From contig DVMN01000053.1 in the NCBI GenBank assembly GCA_018714975.1, positions 1 through 44,564 on the forward strand: DNA of 44,564 nucleotides. Reading direction: 5' to 3'. Positions 6,477-15,124 of this stretch are shown piece after piece. The DNA is from Candidatus Limadaptatus stercorigallinarum. GTDB lineage: Bacteria; Bacillota; Clostridia; Christensenellales; CAG-917. Each line of letters opens with the position of its first letter. The stretch's first letter is position 1. The notes below the pieces were generated by a model. It saw nothing but the letters and a program-made list of their open reading frames with translations. It did no database searches and was not told where the DNA came from. The translations under genes and the position numbers were made by a program.

Positions 6477-7865
6477 TCAGACGTGCGGGGTGCGGACGTA
6501 TTCGGGACGGTCGGGATATTTTCTGAAACGGCGGTAGAGCGCGTAAAGCAGAACAAGCGCGAGCACGGCTATCACAATCTGCGCCACGGGCAGGGACATC
6601 CACACGCCGTCTATGCCCCATCCTTCGGGCAGAGTGAGCACGAGCACGAGGATGACCGCCACTTCGCCGTACACGATTGCATAGGCGGAAGCGTTGCGGT
6701 CCATAGAATAAAAATAGGACGCGGTGATTTTGCTGACCGCCGTAAACAGCGCGCTGCCCGCAAAGAACGGGAGAATGCGCGCGGACTCCGCGGCGGCGAA
6801 TTCGCCTGCGCCGAACACTTCGGGGATGAGATTGCGGCAGAGGAAGAGCGCGACAAACAGCACCGCGGCGACAATCAGCGCGGTGACGTAAGCGTAGTTG
6901 CGCAGTTTTTTTGCCGCCGCTCTGTCGCCCTCGCCCTGCACAAGGCTGATGAGCGGCTGAGCGCCGTCGCCCACGCCTTGCAGGAGCAGAAGGTCCACGC
7001 AATAAACGTACATAATGACGGAGTAAGCCGCAACGTAAGACGAGTCGCCGTAAACGAACAGGAATTTGTTGAGTATGACGGTGATTATCTGCGGACAGAG
7101 CAAGACGCCGAACGGGGATATGCCGACGCGAGTTATTCCGCCCATTTCGCGCAGGGAAAAGCGGAACACTCCCCTGCCGAGTTTCTTTATTTTCCAGACG
7201 AGATAGGCGGCGCAGGGAAGCACGGTGACGACCTGTCCCAGTCCCGTCGCTATCGCCGCGCCGAAAATGCCGTCGCCGAGGCGTTGGACAAAGAGCCAGT
7301 CCAGCACGATATTGGTGACGAAGCCCGCCGCCATAGCGCCCATTGCACCGAAAGACGCGCCGAAATTCCGAAGGAGAGGCACACAGCCCGTCGAGAATAT
7401 CTGCACCGTGGCGAAACAGGCGAGCACGAAGATATAGGTGTCGGCATAATCGTTGACCGCGCCTTCCGCTCCGAAGGCGTCTATGAGATAAGGATAAATG
7501 CCGACCAGCAGCGCCGTGACGACCGCGCTCGCAAGCAGGAGATAAAGGAGCGTGTTGCCCAGCCACCTCTTTTCCGCTTCGGCGTCCCCTCTGCCCCTCG
7601 CCATCGAGAGCATAACGGAACCGCCCATTCCCACGCCCGTCCCGACCGCGTTTATGAACGCGACGAGAGGATAGGCGACGTTTATGGCGGCAAGTCCGTC
7701 GTCGCCGACGTTGTTGCCCACGAAAAAACCGTCCACGATGGAATACAGCCCCGTGAACGCAAAAGCCACCATAGACGGAAGAACGAAACGCAGAAATCTT
7801 TTCAGCATATCCGCACCTTGAAGCGTAACTGCACCAAGTATAGCGGAAAGCGCGGTTGCGTTCAA
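6477..7865 (-). CDS. MATE-family efflux transporter
   Basis: The 462-aa polytopic protein has a MATE-like N-terminus (LKRFLRFVLPSMVAFAFTGLYSIVDGFFVGNNVGDDGLAAINVAYP) and 12 hydrophobic segments. The start may instead be the Met at 7808. Confidence 0.85.
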   Translation of the reverse strand: MNATALSAILGAVTLQGADMLKRFLRFVLPSMVAFAFTGLYSIVDGFFVGNNVGDDGLAAINVAYPLVAFINAVGTGVGMGGSVMLSMARGRGDAEAEKRWLGNTLLYLLLASAVVTALLVGIYPYLIDAFGAEGAVNDYADTYIFVLACFATVQIFSTGCVPLLRNFGASFGAMGAMAAGFVTNIVLDWLFVQRLGDGIFGAAIATGLGQVVTVLPCAAYLVWKIKKLGRGVFRFSLREMGGITRVGISPFGVLLCPQIITVILNKFLFVYGDSSYVAAYSVIMYVYCVDLLLLQGVGDGAQPLISLVQGEGDRAAAKKLRNYAYVTALIVAAVLFVALFLCRNLIPEVFGAGEFAAAESARILPFFAGSALFTAVSKITASYFYSMDRNASAYAIVYGEVAVILVLVLTLPEGWGIDGVWMSLPVAQIVIAVLALVLLYALYRRFRKYPDRPEYVRTPHV

Positions 7866-7988
7866 GGATAATCGCCCACCTTTTCGGCAAATTATCGCGA
7901 AAAGACGGACGGCGCGGCGGCTGAATGGCGCAAAGGGCGCATTTTGACGGAAAATTGCGGTTTTTCGCGCCGTCGTGCGGTCATACTC

Positions 7989-8017
7989 TTGTGCCCCGAC
8001 GGAAAATAATGTATAAT
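7989..8017 (+). promoter_or_regulatory. promoter TTGTGC-N17-TATAAT upstream of the GMP synthase subunit
   Basis: TTGTGC is at 7989-7994, the spacer is 17 nt, and TATAAT is at 8012-8017. Confidence 0.4.
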
Positions 8018-8084
8018 TCTTTCACCGCACGGCGCATTGGCATTGTGCCCCGCGCGGACGGTTTCGGAATTATCAGGAGGACAT

Positions 8085-9038
8085 ATGGACAAAAACTTCA
8101 TCGAAAAGCAAGTTGCCGCCATCCGCGAACAGGTCGGCGACAAAAAGGTGCTGCTCGGCCTCTCGGGCGGCGTGGACAGCTCGGTGTGCGCCGCGCTCAT
8201 CCACAAGGCGATAGGCAACAACCTCATCTGCGTCTTCGTCAACCACGGTCTTCTCCGCAAGGGCGAATTCGAGCAGGTGCAGCAGGTGTTCAGGGAACAG
8301 TTCGGAATGAACCTCGTCGCAGTCGACGCCGAGGACCGCTTCCTCGACAAACTCAAAGGCGTTTCCGACCCCGAGAAAAAGCGCAAAATCATCGGCGAAG
8401 AGTTCGTCCGCGTGTTCGAGGAAGAGGCAAAAAAGCTCGGCAAGGTCGAATTCCTCGCACAGGGCACCATCCTCCCCGACATCATCGAGAGCGGCACGGA
8501 CGGCAAAAACAAGCTGGTCAAGTCCCACCACAACGTGGGCGGTCTCCCCGAAAACATCGGCTTCGAAGGGCTTGTCGAACCCGTACGCGACCTCTACAAA
8601 TTCGAAGTGCGCGAGGTCGGATGCGAACTCGGTCTGCCCGACTTCATCGTCGACCGCCAGCCCTTCCCCGGCCCCGGTCTCGGCGTGCGCGTGATTGGCG
8701 AAATCACCCGCGAAAAACTGAACATCCTGCGCGATGCGGACTTTATCTTCCGCGAAGAGATAGAAAAAGCCGGGCTTGGGACAAAAGTGTGGCAGTACTT
8801 CGCCATCATCAACGACAGTATGTCCACGGGCGTCGACGCCACGGGAGGCAGAACTTACGAGCATATGATAGCCCTCCGCGCCATCAACACGCACGACGCC
8901 GTCACGGCGGATTGGGTGGAGCTGCCCTACTCCGTGCTGCGCGCCGCGTCCTCCCGCATAGTCAAGGAAGTCAAGGGCGTCAACCGCGTCGTCTACGACA
9001 TCACCACCAAGCCTCCTGCCACCATCGAGTGGGAGTGA
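8085..9038 (+). CDS. guaA: GMP synthase, ATP-pyrophosphatase/dimerisation part only (no glutamine amidotransferase domain)
   Basis: The P-loop SGGVDSSV is present, along with [36 protein letters not shown] and the C-terminal [12 protein letters not shown]. The ATG at 8085 follows AGGAGG. The 220 nt upstream are non-coding. Confidence 0.85.
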   Translation: MDKNFIEKQVAAIREQVGDKKVLLGLSGGVDSSVCAALIHKAIGNNLICVFVNHGLLRKGEFEQVQQVFREQFGMNLVAVDAEDRFLDKLKGVSDPEKKRKIIGEEFVRVFEEEAKKLGKVEFLAQGTILPDIIESGTDGKNKLVKSHHNVGGLPENIGFEGLVEPVRDLYKFEVREVGCELGLPDFIVDRQPFPGPGLGVRVIGEITREKLNILRDADFIFREEIEKAGLGTKVWQYFAIINDSMSTGVDATGGRTYEHMIALRAINTHDAVTADWVELPYSVLRAASSRIVKEVKGVNRVVYDITTKPPATIEWE

Positions 9039-9078
9039 GCAAAAGCTCGGCAACCGCAACGAAAACGCATACACGAAA

Positions 9079-9105
9079 ACGCAGGCAAACCGCCTGCGTT
9101 TTTTC
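9079..9105 (+). terminator. intrinsic terminator after guaA
   Basis: ACGCAGGC-AAACC-GCCTGCGT followed by TTTTTT. Confidence 0.75.
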
Positions 9106-9189
9106 TCCTCCGTCCGCTGCCCCGCTCCTTCGCCTGACGTATGCCGAACGGCGCCCGAAGGCGCCGCCCGACATACGTTAGGGAAGGAT

Positions 9190-9603
9190 TTATTGCTTCA
9201 TGGCTCCCGACATAGCGGCAGCCATCTCTGCCGCCTGCTGTTTGACCTTTTCCCTCTCGAAAATCTCCATCTGGTCGAACACCGTCTTCTTGAAATCCTC
9301 GGGCTTCTTGATGTACTTGAAGCTGTAAGACCCTGCGGCGGTGTCGATTTTCACCTTGCCGTAGCCGAATATGCTTCCGAACAATCCCTTGGAAACGGCG
9401 ACGTTCTGAACCTTGTTGAGAGGGCTGGACATAACTTTTTTGCGTATGAACCCCACTCTTCCTATCACGTTTTTGTTGGTGACGGCAAGTTCCGTGGTGG
9501 CATACGCAAAAATGCCGCCCGTGAAAATCGAAACCGCGGAAAGTTTCGCCTGTTTGACTATCTTCTCGTTTCTGCTGAGATTCTGTTCGAGATATTTGCC
9601 CAT
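9190..9603 (-). CDS. bacterial PH-domain (YdbT/DUF304-like) protein
   Basis: The pattern SRNEKIV...ELAVTNKNVIGRVGFIRKKVMSSPLNKVQNVAVSKGLFGSIFGYGKVKIDTAAG is typical of the bPH_2 family. The ATG at 9603 lies 7 nt after GGAGG. Confidence 0.7.
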   Translation of the reverse strand: MGKYLEQNLSRNEKIVKQAKLSAVSIFTGGIFAYATTELAVTNKNVIGRVGFIRKKVMSSPLNKVQNVAVSKGLFGSIFGYGKVKIDTAAGSYSFKYIKKPEDFKKTVFDQMEIFEREKVKQQAAEMAAAMSGAMKQ

Positions 9604-9644
9604 AAACAATCCTCCGTATGAGTTTTTCTATTGCAATCATAATG

Positions 9645-9783
9645 TAAGAATTCTTAAATGTCAAACATATTTTGTAAGTTTTCTTAAATTATATTACTCC
9701 GCCGCGCGGCGCGGCAGTCGAAAATCAGGCTTTGAAGTGGTGTAAGAAATCTTAATTAGGGGCATTATGTTTAAGAATTCTTA
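9645..9783. promoter_or_regulatory. four copies of the palindromic operator-like site TAAGAAWTCTTA in a divergent intergenic region
   Basis: TAAGAATTCTTA 9645-9656, TAAGTTTTCTTA 9675-9686, TAAGAAATCTTA 9743-9754, TAAGAATTCTTA 9772-9783. They form two pairs spaced 30 and 29 bp. Confidence 0.6.
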
Positions 9784-9796
9784 TACCATTTAGACT

Positions 9797-10012
9797 ATGG
9801 AAAAGAACAATGTCATCGGCAAATCCATTAAGGAAAACCGCACCGCACAGCACCTGAGCCAGAAACAGCTCGCGGCGATGATAGGCGTCACTCATGCCGC
9901 GATAAGCTATTGGGAAAACGGCGTCAACATCCCGAACGTCAAAGACTGCTGGCTGCTTGCCGATGCTCTGCACATCACGATAGACGAACTCGTCGGCCGC
10001 ACCGGCGAATGA
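9797..10012 (+). CDS. small XRE-family HTH transcriptional regulator (71 aa)
   Basis: LSQKQLAAMIGVTHAAISYWENGVNIPNVKDCWLLADALHITIDELV is a canonical HTH_3 domain. No SD is visible in front of the ATG. Confidence 0.85.
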   Translation: MEKNNVIGKSIKENRTAQHLSQKQLAAMIGVTHAAISYWENGVNIPNVKDCWLLADALHITIDELVGRTGE

Positions 10013-10379
10013 TGCCCCGCCGAAAGCGGGGACCCCGACTTATTCCGTTCACTGACAAGGGAGTGTTGCGCCCCCTCCTTCCCTGCGGGCTTTCCTCCCC
10101 CGTTCGGAATAAAAGGCACGTCTGCCAAAATGCGGGACTTACGTTACATTTCTTTTGAGGGTTTATTTCTCGCACCAACATAACCGAGCGGATGACGGCA
10201 CTAACTTAACATCGCTCACGGGGAGAGGAAGGCGACTCGCCTCGCACTACGCCCGTGTCTGTTTAATTTTTCGACTAGCTCGCGAGGTCGCAGAGCGCGC
10301 CGCGGCGTTCAAGCGGCGGTTGCACCGCCTGTGAACGCTTGGCTGAGCGGCGCGTGGCGTCCCTCTCCGTGTATTGCAC

Positions 10380-10406
10380 AAAAACGCGCGGTTACCGCGC
10401 GTTTTT
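10380..10406. terminator. bidirectional intrinsic terminator
   Basis: AAAAA-CGCGCGG-TTA-CCGCGCG-TTTTT. It terminates the minus-strand symporter gene, and also anything transcribed rightwards from the structured region 10013-10379. Confidence 0.75.
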
Positions 10407-10432
10407 GTGTTATAAACATAGGATTTGTGATG

Positions 10433-12028
10433 TTAGAGTTTACATTTTATTTGCGCGAGGGCTTCTTCGCGGTTGAGCTCTCCGGCGTTGTAGCGCATCA
10501 TCGTTTTTACGTCGGAGTCTTTCAGGCGGTAGAATTGCAGGATGAGGAATGCAATGAAGTTGCCGATGAGGGGGACGAGTATGCAGGCAATCCAAAGTCC
10601 GTCGATGGCTTCGGCCGATTGCGTAATGCCTTGTTCCGCAAGCTCCGCGAGGTCGGCAAAACTTTCGGCGGTGATGCTCTGCCATCCGAACAGACCTATA
10701 ATCGCCAGACCCAGCGACCCCGAGATGGCGCCCGTGATTTTCGCCATCAGCGTTTGCAGCGAGAAGGTAATGCCCTTTGCCTCTATGCCTGTCTTGAACC
10801 TGCCGTATTCCGCGCAGTCGGGCGTGAACATAAACATCAGGACGTTGACCACGCCCGTGGCGATGGCGTTCACCACCGACAGCCCGATGTACGCTCCCGT
10901 GTTGCCTCTCGCGAAGAAGAAGATGAGCAGGTTTATGCCGACGGTGGCGAGCAGACAGCTCTTGTACAGCGTGATTTTGTTGACCTTTTTCAGAATGTAC
11001 GGCACGGCGAAGGACGCCACCGCAAAAGGAACGGTGGTTATCAAACCGACGTACAGCACGATAAGCTCGTCGTTAAAGACATAGAACGACATAAAGAGCT
11101 GCAACGAACCGAGCACGTTGCATCCCGACGAGAACAGGAACGCAGTGTAATAGATGAGGAGATATTTGTTGGAGAACAGATATCGGAACATTCTCCTTAC
11201 GGTGAAACTTTCTTCGGGAGGAATGCCGACGACGCGTTCTTTGCCTTTGAAGCAGAAGGGGAGCATTGTGGCGAAAGCTATGACTGCGCCGATGATTGCC
11301 ACATAGAGATACGAGACGCCCACCTTCTGGCTGACGAGCACCATAGCCAGCAGGCTGGCAATTCCGCTGCCCGCCGTGCCGCAAATGCTTTTTACGGAAA
11401 GCATTTTTTCGCGCTCGCCGAAGTTGTCGGTCAGCACGGTTATGCAGCCGTGTATCGGAGCGTCGCAAAGGGTGTAGACGCAGTCGTGAATGAGATACGC
11501 GATTGCGAGCCACGCAAGCTGACCCGCTTCCGAGATGCCCGCAGGTATCGCGAACAGCAGGATGACCGACAACGGGATTGCCACGACGGACATCCTCAGC
11601 CACGGCAAAAACTTGTTGCCGCTCTTGAACTTGATTTTGTCGAAAAGCGCGCCGAAAATGGCGTCGTTGAAAGCGTCCCAGACTTTGACGAGGACAAGCA
11701 CCAGCGCGACTTTGCCCGCGTCCATACCCTGCAAGAGGGCAAAGGTCGTAAGATAAGTCGCTACAAGGGTATAAATGAGGTTTTGCCCTGCGAAATAGGC
11801 GTAGTAGCTGATTTTTTCGCCGCCCGGAACGCGGTCGTCGGGCTGGCCTATTCCGAGCACGGATTTCAGAAAGCCGACGACGACGTTGTCTTTGCGGACG
11901 GCGGCCGTCGCCGTTCCGCTTTCCGCGTCGGCGGTCAATACGTCTGCTTGCGGGGTCTGCCCGTCGGCGGGCTGTACGGAGGAGATTTCGGCATTGTCTT
12001 CCGTCGTAAAGTTTTTGTTTTCGTCCAT
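10433..12028 (-). CDS. GPH-family (glycoside-pentoside-hexuronide:cation) MFS symporter with an N-terminal low-complexity extension
   Basis: KISYYAYFAGQNLIYTLV...VWDAFNDAIFGALFDK...FLPWL is typical of MelB/YicJ-like transporters. The ATG at 12028 follows GGGAGGG. Confidence 0.85.
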   Translation of the reverse strand: MDENKNFTTEDNAEISSVQPADGQTPQADVLTADAESGTATAAVRKDNVVVGFLKSVLGIGQPDDRVPGGEKISYYAYFAGQNLIYTLVATYLTTFALLQGMDAGKVALVLVLVKVWDAFNDAIFGALFDKIKFKSGNKFLPWLRMSVVAIPLSVILLFAIPAGISEAGQLAWLAIAYLIHDCVYTLCDAPIHGCITVLTDNFGEREKMLSVKSICGTAGSGIASLLAMVLVSQKVGVSYLYVAIIGAVIAFATMLPFCFKGKERVVGIPPEESFTVRRMFRYLFSNKYLLIYYTAFLFSSGCNVLGSLQLFMSFYVFNDELIVLYVGLITTVPFAVASFAVPYILKKVNKITLYKSCLLATVGINLLIFFFARGNTGAYIGLSVVNAIATGVVNVLMFMFTPDCAEYGRFKTGIEAKGITFSLQTLMAKITGAISGSLGLAIIGLFGWQSITAESFADLAELAEQGITQSAEAIDGLWIACILVPLIGNFIAFLILQFYRLKDSDVKTMMRYNAGELNREEALAQIKCKL

Positions 12029-12221
12029 AATTTCCCTCCCTACACACCGATTATAATACACGCGCGGGCATACAACAAGAGTCAATTTCCGTTTGGCGGC
12101 TTTTTTAGCGCATTCGTCCCCGTGGCGCGCAGCTTTTCGGTTTCGGGAAGGCGAACGTCCGCGGACGGACGGGCAAAAACCGGGGTGTGGGGTAGAATAC
12201 CCCACAAGCACGGAGGGGCGC

Positions 12222-12335
12222 AAAGTGCATAAAAGCCGTGCTATTGCATAAATTTGTGCATAATTTTGTGCAATTTATGAATTTTCGTGCATTTTTTGCT
12301 TTTGTATGCAGAAAATGCGAAATATTATGCAAAAA
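12222..12335. promoter_or_regulatory. AT-rich array of TGCAT/TGCAA half-sites, candidate ArgR (ARG-box) operator region
   Basis: TGCA-cored motifs start at 12226, 12245, 12257, 12268, 12288, 12307 and 12328, mostly phased by 11-12 or about 20 bp. One example is TGCATAAATTTGTGCATAATTTTGTGCAATTTATGAAT. The array lies directly upstream of the argG promoter. Confidence 0.45.
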
Positions 12336-12338
12336 TGT

Positions 12339-12367
12339 TTGACTTTTGTTTTTCGCGGCAATATAAT
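12339..12367 (+). promoter_or_regulatory. consensus-like promoter TTGACT-N17-TATAAT for the arg cluster
   Basis: TTGACT is at 12339-12344, the spacer is 17 nt, and TATAAT is at 12362-12367, 33 nt before the argG ATG. Confidence 0.6.
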
Positions 12368-12399
12368 CGTGTCAAACGCTCAACGGAAGGTAAGATTTT

Positions 12400-13641
12400 A
12401 TGGACAAATCGCAAATCAAAAAGGTGGTGCTGGCTTACTCCGGCGGTCTCGACACTTCCATCATAATTCCCTGGCTCAAAGAGAACTACAACAACTGCGA
12501 AGTCATCGCGGTGTCCGGCAACGTGGGGCAGGCGGACGAGCTGGAAGGGCTGGAAGAAAAGGCGCTGAAAACGGGCGCTTCCAAGCTCTATATCGAGGAC
12601 CTCACCGACGAATTCGTCAACGACTATATCATCCCCACCGTCAAGGCGGGGGCAAAGTACGAGGAATATATGCTGGGCACGTCCTTTGCGCGTCCCATCA
12701 TCGCAAAGCGCATTGTGGAAATCGCAAAGGCGGAGCACGCGGACGCGATATGCCACGGCTGCACGGGCAAGGGCAACGACCAGGTGCGTTTCGAACTCGC
12801 CATCAAAGCGTTTGCGCCCGATATGCCCGTCATCGCACCCTGGCGCGAATGGAACATCAAGTCGCGCGAAGAGGAAATCGAGTACGCCGAGGCGCACAAC
12901 GTACCCCTCAAAATCAACCGCGAAACCAACTATTCCAAGGACAAGAACCTCTGGCACCTTTCCCACGAAGGGCTGGACCTCGAAGACGCGGGCAACGAGC
13001 CGCTTTACGACAAGGAGGGCTTCCTCGAAATGGGCGTGTCCCCGATGAAGGCGCCCGATAAGGCGACGTATGTCACGCTGGACTTCGAAAAGGGCGTCCC
13101 CGTCGCGCTCGACGGCAAGAAGATGTCCGCAAAAGACATCATCCTCGCGCTCAACAAACTTGGCGGCGAAAACGGCATAGGTCTGCTCGACATAGTGGAA
13201 AACAGGCTGGTCGGCATAAAGTGCCGCGGAGTGTACGAAACCCCGGGCGGCGCAATCCTTTATTTCGCGCACGAGTATCTGGAAACGCTGTGTCTGGACA
13301 AATACACCGCGCACAAGAAACAGGAGCTTGCAATCACGTTCGCGGAGCTGGTTTACAACGGACAATGGTACACCCCCTTGCGCGAAGCGCTCTCCGCTTT
13401 CGTCGACAAGACGCAGGAGAGGGTCACGGGCAAAGTCAAAATCAAGCTCTACAAGGGCAATATGATAAAGGCGGGCGCGTGGAGCGAGTATTCTCTCTAC
13501 AACGAAGAGATTGCCACTTTCGGCGAAGACAACGTATACAACCAGGCGGATGCGGCAGGATTCATCAACCTGTTCGGGCTGCCCATCAAGGTGCAGGCGC
13601 AGGTGGACGCGGCGATTGCGGCAAAGAAAAACAAGAAGTGA
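12400..13641 (+). CDS. argG: argininosuccinate synthase
   Basis: [20 protein letters not shown]...[16 protein letters not shown]...[18 protein letters not shown]. Confidence 0.95.
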   Translation: MDKSQIKKVVLAYSGGLDTSIIIPWLKENYNNCEVIAVSGNVGQADELEGLEEKALKTGASKLYIEDLTDEFVNDYIIPTVKAGAKYEEYMLGTSFARPIIAKRIVEIAKAEHADAICHGCTGKGNDQVRFELAIKAFAPDMPVIAPWREWNIKSREEEIEYAEAHNVPLKINRETNYSKDKNLWHLSHEGLDLEDAGNEPLYDKEGFLEMGVSPMKAPDKATYVTLDFEKGVPVALDGKKMSAKDIILALNKLGGENGIGLLDIVENRLVGIKCRGVYETPGGAILYFAHEYLETLCLDKYTAHKKQELAITFAELVYNGQWYTPLREALSAFVDKTQERVTGKVKIKLYKGNMIKAGAWSEYSLYNEEIATFGEDNVYNQADAAGFINLFGLPIKVQAQVDAAIAAKKNKK

Positions 13642-13706
13642 CGGAGTCCGTTTCTTTCCCTGTCGGGGAAAGCGGGCAAATTCAAGAACAAGCAGTTTAT
13701 CATCCC

Positions 13707-13730
13707 AAAAGCCGGCGTAAAGCCGGTTTT
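13707..13730 (+). terminator. possible internal attenuator hairpin between argG and argH
   Basis: AAAGCCGGC-GTAAA-GCCGGTTTT followed by GG. It has a short U-tract and sits inside an apparent operon, so it is at most a partial terminator. Confidence 0.3.
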
Positions 13731-13750
13731 GGAATTAAACGGAGGAGAAA

Positions 13751-15124
13751 ATGGCGAAACTCTGGGCGGGCCGCGCAGGCAAGGAAACGGCGAAAGCGGC
13801 GGACGAATTCAATAGTTCCGTCGCCGTGGACGGCAGGATGTACGAGCAGGACATCAAAGGTTCTCTCGCGCACGCCGAGATGCTCGCGGGCTGCGGCATC
13901 ATCACGTATGACGAGTACGGCGAGATAGCGGAGGGTCTGAAAGGGATACTCGCCGACATCAGGTCCGGCGCGCTCGCCATCGACCCCGAAGCGGAAGACG
14001 TGCATATGTTCGTAGAGGCGGAGCTGACCAAGCGCGTCGGCGACGCGGGGAAGAAACTGCACACCGCCCGCAGCCGCAACGACCAGGTCGCGACGGATAT
14101 GCGGCTGTATCTGCGCGACGAGAGCGCGGAGGTGGTCGCGCTCATCAAAAAGCTGCTCGCCGCGGTCGTGGGTCAGGCAAAGGCGACCAAAAACTACATC
14201 GTGCCGGGCTACACGCATTTGCAGAGGGCGCAGCCGATATATTTCGCACATCATCTGCTTGCGTACGCGATGATGTTCGTGCGCGACGCGGGCAGGATAG
14301 GCGACGCGGTGCGGCGTATGAACGTCAGTCCGCTCGGCAGCTGCGCGCTTGCCGGCACGACGTACGATACGGACAGGACGTTCACGGCAAAGAAACTCGG
14401 CTTCGACGGCGTGTGCCTCAACAGCATAGACGGCGTGTCCGACAGGGATTTCTGCGTTGAGTTGATTTCCGCTTTCGCACTCGTTATGACGCATCTTTCG
14501 CGGTTTGCGGAAGAGGTGGTGCTTTGGTCGTCTTCCGAGTTCGGTTTCGTGGAGCTGGACGACGCTTACACGACGGGGTCCAGCATAATGCCGCAGAAGA
14601 AAAATCCCGATATGGCGGAGCTTGTGCGCGGCAAGACGGGCAGGGTGTACGGCGACCTTATGGCGATGCTCACCGTGCTGAAAGGACTGCCGCTTGCCTA
14701 CAACAAGGATATGCAGGAAGACAAGGAGTGCGTCTTCGACGCGCTCGACACCGTCAAGGCGTGTCTTAAAATATTCGCGCCTATGATTGCGACGATGCGC
14801 CCCGACAGGGAGAATATGCTGCGCGCGGCGGGCAAAGGATACATCAACGCGACGGACCTCGCGGACTATCTCGTGGGGAAGGGGCTGCCTTTCCGCACGG
14901 CGTACAAGACCGTGGGCGAAATCGTTGCCTACGGCATAAAGCAGGACAAAACGCTGGAAGAAATCTCCCTTGACGAATACAAAAAGTTCGGCGACGTCTT
15001 CGGCGAGGACCTTTACGGCGCGATAGACCTCTCCGCCTGCGTGCGCAGGAGGACTTCGGAGGGCGGCACGGGCGCGAAGTCCGTGGAAAAACAAATCCGT
15101 TTCGTGGAGGAATTCATCGGGTGA
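13751..15124 (+). CDS. argH: argininosuccinate lyase
   Basis: KLWAGR...DIKGSLAHAEML...HTARSRNDQVATD...GYTHLQRAQP...GSSIMPQKKNPD. Confidence 0.95.
   Translation: MAKLWAGRAGKETAKAADEFNSSVAVDGRMYEQDIKGSLAHAEMLAGCGIITYDEYGEIAEGLKGILADIRSGALAIDPEAEDVHMFVEAELTKRVGDAGKKLHTARSRNDQVATDMRLYLRDESAEVVALIKKLLAAVVGQAKATKNYIVPGYTHLQRAQPIYFAHHLLAYAMMFVRDAGRIGDAVRRMNVSPLGSCALAGTTYDTDRTFTAKKLGFDGVCLNSIDGVSDRDFCVELISAFALVMTHLSRFAEEVVLWSSSEFGFVELDDAYTTGSSIMPQKKNPDMAELVRGKTGRVYGDLMAMLTVLKGLPLAYNKDMQEDKECVFDALDTVKACLKIFAPMIATMRPDRENMLRAAGKGYINATDLADYLVGKGLPFRTAYKTVGEIVAYGIKQDKTLEEISLDEYKKFGDVFGEDLYGAIDLSACVRRRTSEGGTGAKSVEKQIRFVEEFIG

Noticed and set aside
5524-7890. Very long ORFs antisense to or overlapping annotated genes. 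Examples are 5524-7890(-) at 788 aa, 10331-12232(+), 13700-15127(-), 15013-16758(-), 18946-20349(-), 20685-22454(+), 27997-29781(-), 32686-34971(-), 35898-37682(-) and 41863-44334(-).
   Set aside because: Their translations are Arg/Gly/His-rich and low in complexity. They lack SD sites and lie opposite genes with unmistakable family signatures. They are typical GC-rich shadow ORFs.
7866-8084. Expected purine or guanine riboswitch upstream of guaA.
   Set aside because: The ~60-nt leader after the predicted promoter lacks the conserved purine-riboswitch loops and junction as I remember them, and it is too short.
10086-10100. The minus-strand sequence GGGGAGGAAAGCCCG resembles the RNase P RNA P4 motif GGGGAGGAAAGUCCG.
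   Set aside because: An RNase P RNA continuing 3' from this motif would have to run across the well-supported XRE coding sequence. None of the other universally conserved RNase P blocks that I recall can be found on either side.
10271-10290. CGACTAGCTCGCGAGGTCGC is reminiscent of an internal tmRNA segment (GACUAGCUCUCGGAAGG in Bacillus ssrA).
   Set aside because: The region has no tRNA-like 3' end (GGUUCGA...CCACCA), no GGGG..GGAUUCGAC 5' end, and no plausible tag reading frame ending in LAA.
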